The position numbers and the translations under genes are program-made. From positions 112,344,001-112,408,000 of the forward strand of contig OZ024743.1 of assembly GCA_964016885.1 (NCBI GenBank): 64,000 nt of DNA, in the 5' to 3' direction. Of the stretch, positions 1-14,640 are shown piece after piece. Each line of letters starts with the position of its first letter. Position 1 is the first letter of the stretch. The notes beneath the pieces are model-generated. The model searched no databases. It had not been told where the DNA came from and was given only the letters and a program-made list of their open reading frames with translations. The DNA is from Eledone cirrhosa. Its lineage: Eukaryota.

Positions 1-832
1 ATATATATATATATATATATGAATGTATGTATAGTATATTTGACAATATACGTATGTTTAATTAAAAACATTTTGAAGACCTTGCGCTATCATTTTTAAA
101 GTAGTGACTGTGTCACTTACTTCTTTATTCGGCAAAGGAAGCGAGAGAAGCTGACAGAGTCTGTTTCACGCTATTGGTGATCCTGAGAGCATCGTACCAA
201 AAATTATAGTGGCTGGATTCTTATAGAATTCCAGTAATAATCAGGAACTGATTATAGACTTCACCATCCTTTAACAAAACATGTTAATGCAGCCATTTAA
301 TGAAATCCCTTTGCTTAGAATAAATGAACCTTTAAAATTAGGAGTGCCTACATTTGTATCATCCTGTATCACTATGTATTTTTCTCTAAATATAGTTTTT
401 TCAGAGAATCCCTATTCTTTAAATCCATCAGCCAATGACCTCCGCCCACCCCAATCACCACCTTCCGCTACCACCAGAAAACTTATAAATACCACCATAT
501 CACATTGACAGTCGATTTTCCTTTGAATGAAACAGTTCTAGTCCTGTAACAGCCATTTCTATATTAAATATTCATACTATGCTATGTATTGAGTACCTTA
601 CTTACTGTGGTTACGCCCGATTGAACCCGGGATACACACACACACACAAACACACACACTTACATATATATAATATGTAGAATCCCGAGATGTGTCGGGG
701 GTAACCATATCTAAAGAAAAAGAGTATAGACATTTTTTTTAATTTCATATAGAAATGAATTCTACAAGACTAGTTCATTCATATGAAATCATCAGGGCAT
801 TATTGAGGATTTCATACGTAGAAGTCATTTTT

Positions 833-1013
833 GCGAATTGGCAGTATTGGTAGAGGGTCAGACATGCTTTCCAGCGTAGTTACGTCCCTTTACGATGTGA
901 GTTCAAATCCCGCTGAGGTTAACTTTGTCTTTCATTCTTACGCGGTCGATAAAATAAAGTACCAGTAATACATGGAGGAAATTGCTGGCCTTGTGCCAAA
1001 AGTAGAAACAATT
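833..1013 (+). mobile_element. tRNA-type SINE (family A in this window)
   Basis: A-box-like TGGCAGTATTGG, B-box-like GAGTTCAAATCC, core GGTCGATAAAATAAAGTACCAG and 3' end GGCCTTGTGCCAAAAGTAGAAACAATT. Homologous to the copies at 14439, 20063, 22094, 26025 and 31508. Confidence 0.85.
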
Positions 1014-1014
1014 A

Positions 1015-2460
<1,446 letters not shown>

Positions 2461-2564
2461 GTGCTGATCAATACTAAAATATAATTAACTATTGAACCTT
2501 TTAGTAGATTGCACATCTACTAGCTTTATTCATCATTCTTCATGTCGCCTCTTTTTCTTTCCTA

Positions 2565-3316
2565 CTGATGTTGTTGTTGTTGTTGTTATTATTGCAACAG
2601 TTGTTGTTGTAGTTATTGTTGTAACAGTTGTTGTTATAATACTTTTGAAATTATTATTGTTATTCTTCATGGTCTTATTGATGCTGCAGTTATTGTTGTA
2701 ATACTATGATTGTTGCTGCTGTTGTTTTTATAATACTATTATTTTAGTTGTAGTTGTTGTTGTTGCTGTAATAGTTGTTGTTGTTGTTGTTGTTGTTGTT
2801 ATTGTTGCTGTAATAGTTGTTGTTGTTGTTGTTGTTATTGTTGCTGTAATACTTGTTAGTGTTGTTGTTGTTGCTGTAATATTTGTAACTATTGTTGGTT
2901 TAATAGTTGTTGTTGTTGTTGGAGTTATACTTCTTGCAGGTTTTGTCATACGCTTATATTTGTTGTTGTTGTTGTTGCTGTAATACTTGTTGCTGTTATT
3001 GTTGTTGCTGTAATAGTTGTAACTATTGTTGGTGTAATAGTTGTTGTTGTTGTTGGAGTTATACTTCTTGAAGGTTTTGTCATAAGATTATCTTTGTTGT
3101 TGTTGCTGTTGTTGCTGTAATAGTTGTTGTTGTTATTGTTGCTGTCATAGTTGTTGTTGTTGTTGTTATTGTGGTTGTTGCTGTTATACTTCTTGCAGGT
3201 TTTGTCATAAGATTATCTCTGTTGTTATTGTTGTTGTTGTTATATTAGTGTTATTATTGTTGCTGTAATTCTTCTTGCAGGTTTTGTTATAAGATTATCG
3301 TTGTTTCTGTTATTGT

Positions 3317-3350
<34 letters not shown>

Positions 3351-4020
3351 CGTTGTTATAATAGTGTTATTGTTGTTGCTGTTGTTTTTATAATACTCTT
3401 ATTTTACTTGTAGTTATTGTTGCTGTAATGGTTAGTGTTGTTTTTGTTGTTGTCGTTGTTAAAATTAATACTGTTGTTGCTGTTGTCGTTATTGTATTGC
3501 TAAGTTATTTATTTCGACTTTTCGTTCTATTGTCGACTTTTGTTAGTCATCTCGCCATTTTTTAATATAGTTTTATTTAGAGTTATTTCTGCCACGTTTC
3601 TGTTTACTGTTTACGTTTTATTTTATTGATTATAACTGACCTTTTTTTTATTCTATGTTAAAGGAATAAATATTTTTCTCAGTCAGTGTGGTGGCTGTGT
3701 TTCTATATTTTTAAGCCATTTTAGATATGTTGTGTTTTTCATGCTTTTGATATACTACAACTCTTGGGATTGAAGTTGTTGTTTTTGTTGTTGTTATTAA
3801 TGTTTCTGGTTAGAATTTTGTTTGTAGTATCTATTATTGTTGTTGTTGTTATTGTAGTTGTTGTTATTAATGTTTCTGGTTATAATTTTGTTCATAGCTA
3901 TTGTTTTTGTTGTTGTTATTAATGTTGCTGGTTATAATTTTGTTGATAGTATCTATTGTTGTTGTAGTTGTTATTAATGTTGCTGTTTATAATATTATTT
4001 ATAGTAGCTGTTGTTATAAT
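2565..4020. repeat. (GTT)n-derived low-complexity region with short degenerate repeated units
   Basis: GTT runs with recurring GTTGCTGTAATAGTT and TACTTCTTGCAGGTTTTGTCATA motifs; more unique sequence at about 3500-3775. Confidence 0.9.
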
Positions 4021-4031
4021 GATATATATAT

Positions 4032-4260
4032 ATGGCTTTGTGGTTAGGGTATTCAATGTTGTATCTTTGAGCAAGACACTTTATTTCACGTTGCTCCAGT
4101 CCACTCGGCGGTTAAAAATGTGTTGTACCTGTAGTTCTAAGGACCAGAGAACTATGTAAAGGATATGCATGTCTTTAGACTGCTCTGCCACTTGCATGAC
4201 CAGGCCATTCTGTTGACCAGATCAACTGAAACACTCATCGTCGTAACCGACGGAGTACCT
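4032..4260 (+). mobile_element. Degenerate SINE of a second family
   Basis: TGGCTTTGTGGTTAGG head followed by CTTTGAGCAAGACACTTTATTTCACGTTGCTCCAGTCCACTC, which resembles the central domain of metazoan SINEs; recognised by eye only. Confidence 0.55.
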
Positions 4261-4911
4261 CCAATGATGTTTGTGTGCAATGATCGTTTGTGGTGTTTTT
4301 TTATTACAGAAATTAAATGTAGTTTGTATTTGTATACAAGGGAGTTATTGATGGTGTTGTGATGGTAGGGATAGCGTTGTGGTAATTTGACGGTAAACAA
4401 TTCATTTGAAGTGTGTTGTTATGATGGAGAGAATTCTAAATAAATTTCGTAGATATGTTTGTGATTCTACTTCCGGTTACGCAAACATGTCCTATAAGAT
4501 GGCAGACTGAATACGCACGTATGTTTTTTTTCTCCCCAATATTTTTCTCATTTTCCCCGTTCCTTCCTCTCATCACTCGTTACTTTCTATTTATCTTCTA
4601 GTTCTAACCCTATCTTCTGATGAAGGACTAGTGTCTGAAATGTTATGACTCTCTTCCTGTTACTTCAAGCGTTAAACTAATATACTTCTTCCATATACTT
4701 TGCCGATTGTTTAGTTATTTTCATATTTCTATTTACCTTTTATATACACGCATATATATATATGTGTGTGTATGTGTGTGTGTTTGTACGTGTGCGCGTG
4801 TATGTGTGCATGTGTGCGTGGGTGCTTGTGCTTTCCTAATTTAAGAAGGTATATATAATTGCAATTTCCAGCTGGTTGAGTGAAAAAGCAGAATCTCCTT
4901 GTCAGTATATA

Positions 4912-5798
4912 CGAGGTGCGTCAGAAAAGTTCCAGGACTGATGTCACAAAAGATTTATTTCAAACCCAAACTTCACACAAAGAGTTTTCTCCTTCAAAGT
5001 AATCCCCTTGGAGTCTAATGCACTTTTCCATCCTTTTCTGCCACGCTTGCATGCACTACTGGAAGGATTCTTCCGTGATTCTCCGCAGTTCCGTCGTCAC
5101 GGCCTTTTTGATGTCGTCCACGTCTTCAAAACGGGTCCCCACCGACTCGTACTCAAAGATCCATGACTCATCACCGGTGATGACTGTTCCTAGCACGTCT
5201 GATTCGGTTTCAAGGCGCTTGAGGATATATTGGCACACTTGCATGCGTCGACCCTTCTGGTCATCGTTCAGCAGTTTTGGCACCATCTTCGCGCAGAATT
5301 TCCGCATGTCCAAATCTTCAGTGAGAATCTTCCAGACGCTGTCCCGATTCATGCCCAGCTCATTTGCCATCAGTCGAACAGTCAGCCGACGATCGCTACG
5401 CACTATCTGCCTCACGCGCTCAACGTTGACCTCAGTCCTGGTTGTTTGGGGGCCTTCCGCTCCTTGGGTCATCTTGCACCACTCAAAAACACGTTATGGT
5501 GACATCGGCTCATCTCCATACACTTACTGCAGCAATCCCAGTGCTTCTGACGGAGTTTTCCCCAACCGTACCAGAAACTTCAAGTTTGTTCGTTGCTCTG
5601 TGCTCATTGCTTGAAGACCTGAAACAGAGAACATGCATATAAAATTATGAAGAAAAAAGTTTGATCGCTGAAGAGAGCTAAGATTACAGTTACATACTCC
5701 AGGGGGATTACTTTGAAGGAGAAAACTCTTAGTGTGAAGTTTGGGTTTGAAATAAATCTTTTGTGACATCAGTCCTGGAACTTTTCTGACACACCTCG
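4912..5798 (-). mobile_element. Internally deleted mariner transposon with about 103-bp terminal inverted repeats and TA target duplication
   Basis: TA|CGAGGTGCGTCAGAAAAGTTCC at 4910 and GGAACTTTTCTGACACACCTCG|TA ending 5800; inverted match 4912-5014 vs about 5696-5798. Confidence 0.95.
4978..5607 (-). pseudogene. Mariner transposase remnant
   Basis: MSTEQRTNLKFLVRLGKT (HTH), AKMVPKLL (WVPHEL-like), VITGDESWIFEY, then a jump to GTRFEDVDDIK...CIRLQGDYFEG. In-frame stops; the segment carrying the 2nd and 3rd catalytic Asp is deleted. Confidence 0.92.
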
Positions 5799-6013
5799 TA
5801 TTTACGTCATAGAACTAATTAGATTTTAATTAATTATCCGAAGGAAGGGCCTACTGGAAGTGCTTCGTTTTCTCCATATAACATTATGTTACATCTGCGG
5901 ACAACTCTAAAGCCACCTAAAGATATCAGAAGATGCGCTACTTAGAATGAGTGTGATCCCTTAACATGCTGATACCGAACCAGTTGAAATGCTATGTTTC
6001 AAAACTGATCGTA

Positions 6014-6597
6014 CGAGGAAAAATCAAAAAGTATCTGCACTTCCACCATAACATATCTTTAAGTTTGTCGCACTGACTTTTGCTCATGAGTGCTTATAGT
6101 TGGTACTATTGTGGTTACGGAGTCGAAGCTTGTGTTTGATCATGCCAGTTTCTCGCTGCTGTTACTGTGTAAGCATGGCCGCTCCGCTCGTTGTGTGCAC
6201 CAGGATGTTTCCACTCCATACTGTCTTTTTGATTCTGGCTCATAGTGATGGACTCACATCAATGGTTAAGGTTGACGGGTGTCGTGCTCCTTGACCGTAC
6301 GTCACGCTTGTCCAGGCACTTTTAAACTTCTCGATCCACTCATACACACGTCTAAGGAGTAGTGCGCTGTCGCCCCATTGTGTTAAAAGCCTCCGATTTA
6401 TTTCAGCCTTACGATCAGAGAAATCGGATCACTACTCTTTGTTCCTCCTTTGTGCAAGAAACGTGCCGTGATCAAGCTCAAACTTCGATCACATGACGAC
6501 AATAGTGCTAACTATAAGCATGCGTGTGCAGAAGGCAGTGTGAAAAACGTAAAGATATGTTATGGCGAAAGTGCGGATCATTTTTGACTTACCCTCA
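6014..6597 (-). mobile_element. Older non-autonomous mariner derivative with about 150-bp degenerate inverted ends
   Basis: TA|CGAGGAAAAATCAAAAAGTATC and ATCATTTTTGACTTACCCTCA|TA. Minus-strand remnants read CTKEEQRVVIRFL, RRVYEWIEKFK and HHYEPESK..EWKH. Confidence 0.85.
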
Positions 6598-7236
6598 TAT
6601 TAAAATATTCGTATTTAAATGAAAACCTGCCAACATAGTTTTATGTATGAACATTTGTTATGTTCTACACAGAAGGTTGATAATGAAAATGTTTCTTATG
6701 TAACTAAGCATTTCCCCCCGCATTTCCTTATTTCTTTTTTTCAAAATTATTAGAAATATGTTAGCAATACTTTTCATTAGCAATATGGTAACAGGATTAA
6801 ATTATATTTCGTCAGCTATAGTGCTGATATAGTTTACTGCTTGAGACAATGGGCATAATGTAAAATTGATGAGCAATTCAATTTATCTGATGTCTTAATT
6901 CTATCTGATTAATACGCAGTACTCGCAGAAATATTATAGCTTATCGCCCATAGACGAGCTATTTCCTCACACTCTGCAACTTTTCTACCTACATTACAGT
7001 GACATCTGCTTCTCAGAGTTGGATAGACTCATATTATCTCCCCTCAACCGCTACAAATACACATGTTGTCTCCGCTCAAAAACCATGTTTTCACCGCCAC
7101 CTTATGACACGTACTAGCATCTTCATTTAGTTGACCCCCCCACCAGAATTTATTTGCTCATGAATTCCATCCCTGCGCGTGTTTTTACTGCAGCTGCCAT
7201 CTTGTACCTATTTAAATGGAGCATTAACAGTGTTTG

Positions 7237-7400
7237 TGGCAGCTAAATGGCAGAGTCGTTAGAACGTTAGATTGAATGATTTAACTTCATCGTTCACGCT
7301 CTCAGCACTCTGAGTTCAAATTTCGTCATTGACAATTTTCTATTTCATCCCAATGAAGTTCATAAAAATTGTACCAGTCCAGTCCAATACCGGTATCGAT
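7237..7400 (+). mobile_element. Highly diverged SINE related to family A
   Basis: TGGCAGAGTCGTTAGAACG, CTGAGTTCAAATT and TTTCATCC...ATAAAAATTGTACCAGT. Confidence 0.6.
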
Positions 7401-8789
7401 TCTTCCTCTATATCATGTTCTTATTTCCCTTCTCTAACGCCATCTCTCTCTTTCTCTTATTCACAAGAAGAAATTACATGTTCAAACCTGCAAAGCGAGT
7501 GGGTTCCACCAGGTATATAATGTCCAAGAAACACGCTACGAAGTCAGAAAGAGTTATGGGTCTATACATACACCCATACATACATATAGACATTCTAACA
7601 TACATACATATATACATATACATTAACTGCGTCGATGTCATCACGTTTTGCAGATCTACGGTGGTTAAGAACACAACAATTCCTCCCAAACAAACTAATT
7701 AATGAAAAACTAAAACAAAAACTCGGGGTAAATGTTATTATGAATAGATACCCTTGCTATTCATGGTCAGATGTATCTAGCATCTGTCGAATGATTCTTA
7801 TACAAGCTCAACAGTTCCTTATGATATGAAAAGGATTTAGTAAAATACCTATGATGCTTCCATATCTCCTACATAAATCCATCTATATGTAGCTATAGTA
7901 ATATATTATTATTATGATTGAAAACAAATGGATCTTGTTTGATCATTGGGAAATCTCCATAAATATTTCTTCTTTTGTGATGGATGGATTTATGAGCCCA
8001 CATACATAGATGGTTGCCTCTTGACTTCACCACGAGGATTTTAACAACATTTGATAATCATATTCTGTCATCCCAGTTTAAAACCGTGGACCTTTAGATA
8101 TCTATATACACGGTGACGTTGTGAGTCATCTCATATTAAACATGCTTTGTTTTTTTTGTTTTTTGCGGGGCAAAACTCAGTAATAATGACAATCTAAAGC
8201 CCTTCAACCTTTCAACTAATCGTCTGGCAAGCCAAAATATCAGTCAGAAATTACTTTTGGAGTAACAGATATATAAAAACCGAAATGCCATCTTTCAGTG
8301 ATATAGATATTTCTTGTAGGAAATTTCTTCTTCAATTCTACTTTTTGTTTATTTGTTTGTTTGTTGTTGTTGTTGTTGTTTTTTAGTTTGTTTTTTTTTG
8401 CTTGTTATTTTTTTAATATAGTTGATGTTGTTCTGCTTGATATACTTGACAATTGGTTATTGGCTGTTAATTCCCGAGACAGATCTGTTCTTATGATAAA
8501 TTAGAAGGTGAGGAAAATACCGTTACAATATGTTTTCTGCAAAGAAAAAGAAATTTAAGAATCTTGGAAAACACGGCGGAAGATCAGAGGATGGCTGAAA
8601 GGTTAATAGAGAAAAAAAAAGAAACAAAAAACAGTGCCAAGAAAGAAAAGTGGTATGTGTTTCATATAGAATATACTCTTCTTATACGTTTCCTATAGCC
8701 TTGATTTGGCACAGGCAAAATTAAACATAGATAACAATGTCTGGGGGTTAACCAATATACGAAGTTAGAAGAAAGCTGATATATTGCTT

Positions 8790-9031
8790 ATACATACAGC
8801 TAAACATACACACACACACACACATTCTTGCACACATACATACATAAATACATACATATATAAATACATACATAAATACATACATACATAAATACATACA
8901 TACATGTGTCACATATACATAATACATACATATACATACATACATAAATCGATACAAACATATATACATACAAACATACCTACATGCATTCATACATACA
9001 TAATACACACATACACACATCGATACATACA

Positions 9032-9065
<34 letters not shown>

Positions 9066-9178
9066 CATACAAACATACATACATACATACATACATACAT
9101 ACCTAATACACACATACACACATCGATACATACATACATACATACATACATACATACATACATACATACATACATACA

Positions 9179-9210
<32 letters not shown>

Positions 9211-9212
9211 CA
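8790..9212. repeat. (TACA)n microsatellite
   Basis: Directly visible. Confidence 0.95.
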
Positions 9213-9824
9213 AGATAGGCCTCTGAGGTTAAATGTAGCTTTCACAGCCAGTAGAAATTGAGCTCTGTTCCTAAACAACGCCAATAACAGCGAAAGTTCG
9301 GTAAGCCTATCTAATGACAAATTATGAGATAACTCTAAATCGTTGCTAAATTAACTTAGTGTCGTAAAATGTCGGTCCAAAGAACATTGCCGTCCGTTGA
9401 TACAAACAACCAAAAGACTTGCCTGTTTTCTCATTCGCTAAAATGCATGACAGTTCACGCGAAGGAAATACCATCATATATCACATATTATTTTGTCGAC
9501 TCTATCATAATTGCTTTGATATATAATTACCTTATTTTGTGTTTGCTGGTGTTATCTGTAAGCTCCATGCTATATTTGCTACGAAAACAAAAACGGAAAT
9601 CAATATATTTTAGAGTCTCTTATAGGAGCAATTTATTTGCTGGCGCTGTTCCCGATATTTTTCAGCTATATTCGGTGAAAATCTGGGACTGGAGAGAAAA
9701 TATTATACAAGAAGTGATGTGATGTGAATACAATATTCATGTAAATAGCATTATCATGAAACTGTTGGTGTTTTTCGTGTTGATTCATTCTCGGGCATGT
9801 ATATCCGCCGTATATATGTCCGTA

Positions 9825-10106
9825 TATACATAAATATATACATACATACGTGCATACATACATACATACACACGTGTATAGATACATACATACATACGTG
9901 CATACGTGCATACATACATACACATACGTGCATACATACATACATACATACATACATACATACATACATACATACATACGTGCATACATACATACATACA
10001 TACGTGCATACATACATATATACATATGTATATGCGTGTGTGTGGGGGGTGTTTGTGAGAGAGAGAGTGTGTGCGTGTGTGTGTGTGAGTGTGTGTATGT
10101 GTGTAT

Positions 10107-10200
<94 letters not shown>
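9825..10200. repeat. (TACA)n plus (GT)n microsatellites
   Basis: Directly visible. Confidence 0.95.
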
Positions 10201-10201
<1 letters not shown>

Positions 10202-10513
10202 TGCCTGTTCAGGCATACTACTTGTTGATTTATATAAACGTTTTATAGATACATGTATGTATGTAAGGATATATATATATAAATTCTGATATACACACAC
10301 ACGAACATATGAATATATATATATATATGCATTCATACGTTTGTGTGTGTGTATATATATATATATGCATATGCGCGTTTGTGTGTGCGTGTAGAGAGAG
10401 AGTGAGAGTGAGAGAGACATAGTATATGTGTGTGTATGTATATATATATATATATATGTTTGTTTCTATCTATCTATCTATCAATCTCTCTATCTATCTA
10501 TCTATCTATCTAT

Positions 10514-11495
10514 CCTGGCACACTGAGTGTGCCCAGGCGCTCACCGCCCTCTGGCAGGCGGATCCGGTTATCAGTGGAGACTCCACCGCAACATTCTATA
10601 GAGGGCTGGTGCGCAGCAGGTGCGACGACGCCCTCGGAGAAGCCCTAGACATGGAGGAGGACGAACTGGCCAGCCTGTTCGGTAGGACATTCAGCCCGGG
10701 ACCTATGGACAACTTCCAGAAGTCCCTGGCCTGGCAGTGCTACCGAGGGGCTTTACCCGTTCGAGAAAGGCTCTACAGACACGGGCGCCCGGGTAGGGAC
10801 CCCGCCAAAAAGATCTGTCCCAGATGCGTGTGCGACGAGGAAACCGTTGCACACGCATTGGTACACTGCTCGGGCGTAGCCGATCTGTGGGGCTATGTCG
10901 AACAACTGCTGTCAAGGGTGGAACCGATCCGGTTGACCACCGAGTCTATTGTAATGATCAAGCCGCCTCCCCCCTTCAAAGATGAAGCAGAGGCGGTGTT
11001 TCTGTGCGTAATAGCCATGGCGAAAGAGGTTGTATGGTGGACGCGTCTGAAAGGACTGAGGTCGGGCACCTTTCTCTCTGGCCAACAACTGGTCCGTTTC
11101 TTCCGATATCATTTCGGAAGAAGGATCAGGATGGAGAGAGAGGTGCTGCACCCCAGCCGTTTCTATGAAAGATGGGTGAAAGTGGCGAGAATGGCCCGTG
11201 TGAATGGGCCTTCACTCTACATCAGACTATAGGTGAGGAAGATGAAAGACCAAGGGAGCACCCCTTCTCTGTGCTCCTGAGGAGAAGGGTTGCACACTTT
11301 TTTCGGGGGTGTGTGCGACCCCCCAAGGCGCTTCCTCTCTATTGAGGATTTTGTTAAAAATTTTATTTTTTGTTATATCTCATTTTATTTTTATATTTTG
11401 TTATTGCCTCCTCCTTATTGAGGACGCCTTTTTGTGTAAACTCCCCCCTTTGTACTTGTCCCACTTTTGATGCCCTAGTGGCAAATAAAAGAAAC
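10514..11495 (+). mobile_element. 5'-truncated Tx1-like LINE (copy 1): ORF2 C-terminus and 3' UTR, in (ATCT)n
   Basis: Encodes a zf-RVT-like motif (LPVRERL...CPRC..DEETVAHALVHC). Nearly identical to 13047-14028; (TATC)n on both flanks. Confidence 0.93.
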
Positions 11496-11496
11496 A

Positions 11497-11560
<64 letters not shown>

Positions 11561-11632
11561 CCTCTCTCTGCCTGTCAGCTTATCTATGAAACTATCCATC
11601 TATATATCTGTCTTCCTATCTATCTATCTATC

Positions 11633-11818
11633 ACACTCTTCGTACTCATGGAGATGAGGGTTCCACATTTTTTTTCGGCGGTATGAGTTACCCATATGAA
11701 CTGTCTCCCCCTATTGGGGAAAATCGACTAATTTTTAAATTGCATTTGTGATAATATTTTACACGTTTTTATTGTATTTGTCCCCTTCTTTTGTGCCTCT
11801 GTGGCTAATAAAGAATCA
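11633..11818 (+). mobile_element. Short, older Tx1-like 3' UTR fragment in (ATCT)n
   Basis: Similar to the copy 1 3' UTR (GAGGGTTCCACATTTTTTTTCGG); ends GCCTCTGTGGCTAATAAAGAATCATATCTATC. Confidence 0.7.
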
Positions 11819-11890
11819 TATCTATCTATATATATATCGGTCAATCTATCTAGCTATCAATCTAACTATCTATCTATCTATCTATCTATC

Positions 11891-14028
11891 ACTGCTAAAT
11901 ACAGAGTTACAGATTTTGGCCAAGGTGCTAGCAAAGAGGTTGGCGCTTGTCGTGGGCAACCTGGTGGGAGATGCGCAGACATGCGCTATCCCGTCCAGGT
12001 CCATCCATGACAACCTCCACCTCATGCGATACATCATAGAGAGGGTTGGGAACGAACCCGGCTTTGGTGGGGCTCTGATCAACTTGGATCAATCTAAGGC
12101 GTTCGATAGGGTCGACCATGGTTACCTGGATGCGGTGCTAGCGGCGGCAGGCTTCGGACCCGTTTTCAGGGGCTGGATCACTGCTATGCACAGCAGCCGC
12201 ATCTGCTCTAGGGTCAAGGTGAACGGCTACCTCTCGGAGCCGTTCAAAATCGCGCGGTCCATCCGACAAGGGTGCCCTCTCTCCTCCCTTCTGTATGTGT
12301 TGACTCTCGAGCCACTACTGCGGAAGTTGGAGTTGTTGCAGGGCATCCCTTTGGAACCGGGATTGCGGAAAGCGGTGTCGGCCTACGCCGATGACGTGAC
12401 AGTAATGGTGTCGACGGCCTCCGAAATCGAGGCGGTCGGCACCTTACTGGAGGAGTACGAAAAGTTCACAGGGGCTAAGCTGAACCGGGACAAGTCGATC
12501 GGTTTGCAACTCGGCACATGGAGGGGCAGACCGATGCCCTCCGATAGCGTCGTCGGACGCTGGACGGAGGGCCCGGTGAAGTTGCTCGGGTCTGGTTCGG
12601 ACCGGACCTCCAGGTGGAGAAAAACTGGGCGGAGGTTACGAACAGGGTGTTTGCACTGACCCAGAAGTGGGCCAGTTGCAAACTATCCCTGAAAGGTCGG
12701 GCGGAGGTGGCGAACACCTACATAGCGTCCGTCATCTACTACCGCCTGACCGTAGTGCCCTGCCCAAGGGAAACCCTCACCAAGATGGAGCGCGCGCTCT
12801 TCCAATTCCTTTGGAAGAGGCGGGCTCCTATGGTGAGGAGATCCATCTGCTGTCAACACCCTTCGAAAGGAGGGCTGGGGATGCCGTGGCTAATGATGCG
12901 TAAACACGCATTAAGGCTACGGCACCTCTACGTATTCCTCACCGGACAACCGGTGTGGGCCTCGTTTGTGAGACGAACCTTTCCCAAACTCGTCTCACTC
13001 ACCGAGCTGCAATCCTGGGTCAAGCAAAGACCGAGAAAACTGGGCGCCTGGCACACTGAGTGTGCCCAGGCGCTCACCGCCCTCTGGCAGGCGGATCCGG
13101 TTATCAGTGGAGACTCCACCGCAACATTCTATAGAGGGCTGGTACGCAGCAGGTGCGACGACGCCCTCGGAGAAGCCCTAGACATGGAGGAGGACGAACT
13201 GGCCAGCCTGTTCGGTAGGACATTCAGCCCGGGACCTATGGACAACTTCCAGAAGTCCCTGGCCTGGCAGTGCTACCGAGGGGCTTTACCCGTTCGAGAA
13301 AGGCTCTACAGACACGGGCGCCCGGGTAGGGACCCCGCCAAAAAGATCTGTCCCAGATGCGTGTGCGACGAGGAAACCGTTGCACACGCATTAGTACACT
13401 GCTCGGGCGTAGCCGATCTGTGGGGCTATGTCGAACAACTGCTGTCAAGGGTGGGACCGATCCGGTTGACCACCGAGTCGATTGTAATGATCAAGCCGCC
13501 TCCCCCCTTCAAAGATGAAGCAGAGGCGGTGTTTCTGTGCGTAATAGCCATGGCGAAAGAGGTTGTATGGTGGACGCGTCTGAAAGGACTGAGGTCGGGC
13601 ACCTTTCTCTCTGGCCAACAACTGGTCCGTTTCTTCCGATATCATTTCGGAAGAAGGATCAGGATGGAGAGAGAGGTGCTGCACCCCAGCCGTTTCTATG
13701 AAAGATGGGTGAAAGTGGCGAGAATGGCCCGTGTGAATGGGCCTTCACTCTACATCAGACTATAGGTGAGGAAGATAAAAGACCAAGGGAGCACCCCTTC
13801 TCTGTGCTCCTGAGGAGAAGGGTTGCACACTTTTTTCGGGGGTGTGTGCGACCCCCCAAGGCGCCTCCTCTCTATTGAGGATTTTGTTAAAAATTTTATT
13901 TTTTGTTATATCTTATTTTATTTTTATATTTTGTTATTGCCTTCTCCTTATTGAGGACGCCTTTTTGTGTAAACTCCCCCCTTTGTACTTGTCCCACTTT
14001 TGATGCCCTAGTGGCAAATAAAAGAAAT
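11891..14028 (+). mobile_element. 5'-truncated Tx1-like LINE (copy 2): RT, C-terminal zinc motif and 3' UTR, in (ATCT)n
   Basis: LDQSKAFDRVDH, IRQGCPLS and YADD motifs. One frameshift near 12590 splits ORFs 11748-12659 and 12614-13765. (TATC)n flanks. Confidence 0.95.
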
Positions 14029-14029
14029 A

Positions 14030-14063
<34 letters not shown>

Positions 14064-14438
14064 GCTATCTAACTATCAATCTAACTATCTATATATCTGT
14101 CTTCCTATCTATCTATCTATGCGTGTATCTATATCACAGATCAAAATACGACAGTACCTATATCGCCATTCCCTTTCCGGTTTTTCTTTTAGCAATTACA
14201 TTCCGGCATGAGGTAGAAATTGTTGATTTCTTTCATTCGGTTGTTTGTTTTTATATTTATTTTTTTATTTAATATCTCTACTCAATATTTGTAGCAGAGA
14301 GAAAGCGTTTCTGTGAGTGCGTGGTTTTATTTGTTTGTTATTTTCTGCAAAGGATGTAATGCTTAGGAAAAATGTGAACGATATCATGTACGATGCTTCT
14401 GTGGATCCATATCGAATATTGGTGCCAATATCTAAATT

Positions 14439-14640
14439 ATAATAATAATAATAATAATTGTTTCTACTTTTTGGCACAAGGCCAGCAATTAACCAGTGCA
14501 TTACTGGTACTTTATTTTATCGACCCCGTAAGGATGAAAGGCAAAGTCAACCTCGGCGGGATTTGAACTCAGAATGGCAAGGGCCGTAACTCTATGCGTC
14601 AAAGCATGGCGTCCGACCCTCTACCAATACTGCCAATCCA
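14439..14640 (-). mobile_element. SINE family A with (ATT)n tail
   Basis: Reverse complement matches the SINE at 31508-31693. Confidence 0.9.

Noticed and set aside
61-640. Unique-looking segment with ORF 281-508
   Set aside because: No recognisable motif or convincing splice structure.
10426-10513. N-termini of ORFs 10426-11232 and 11748-12659 as real starts
   Set aside because: They are microsatellite read-ins to 5'-truncated LINEs.
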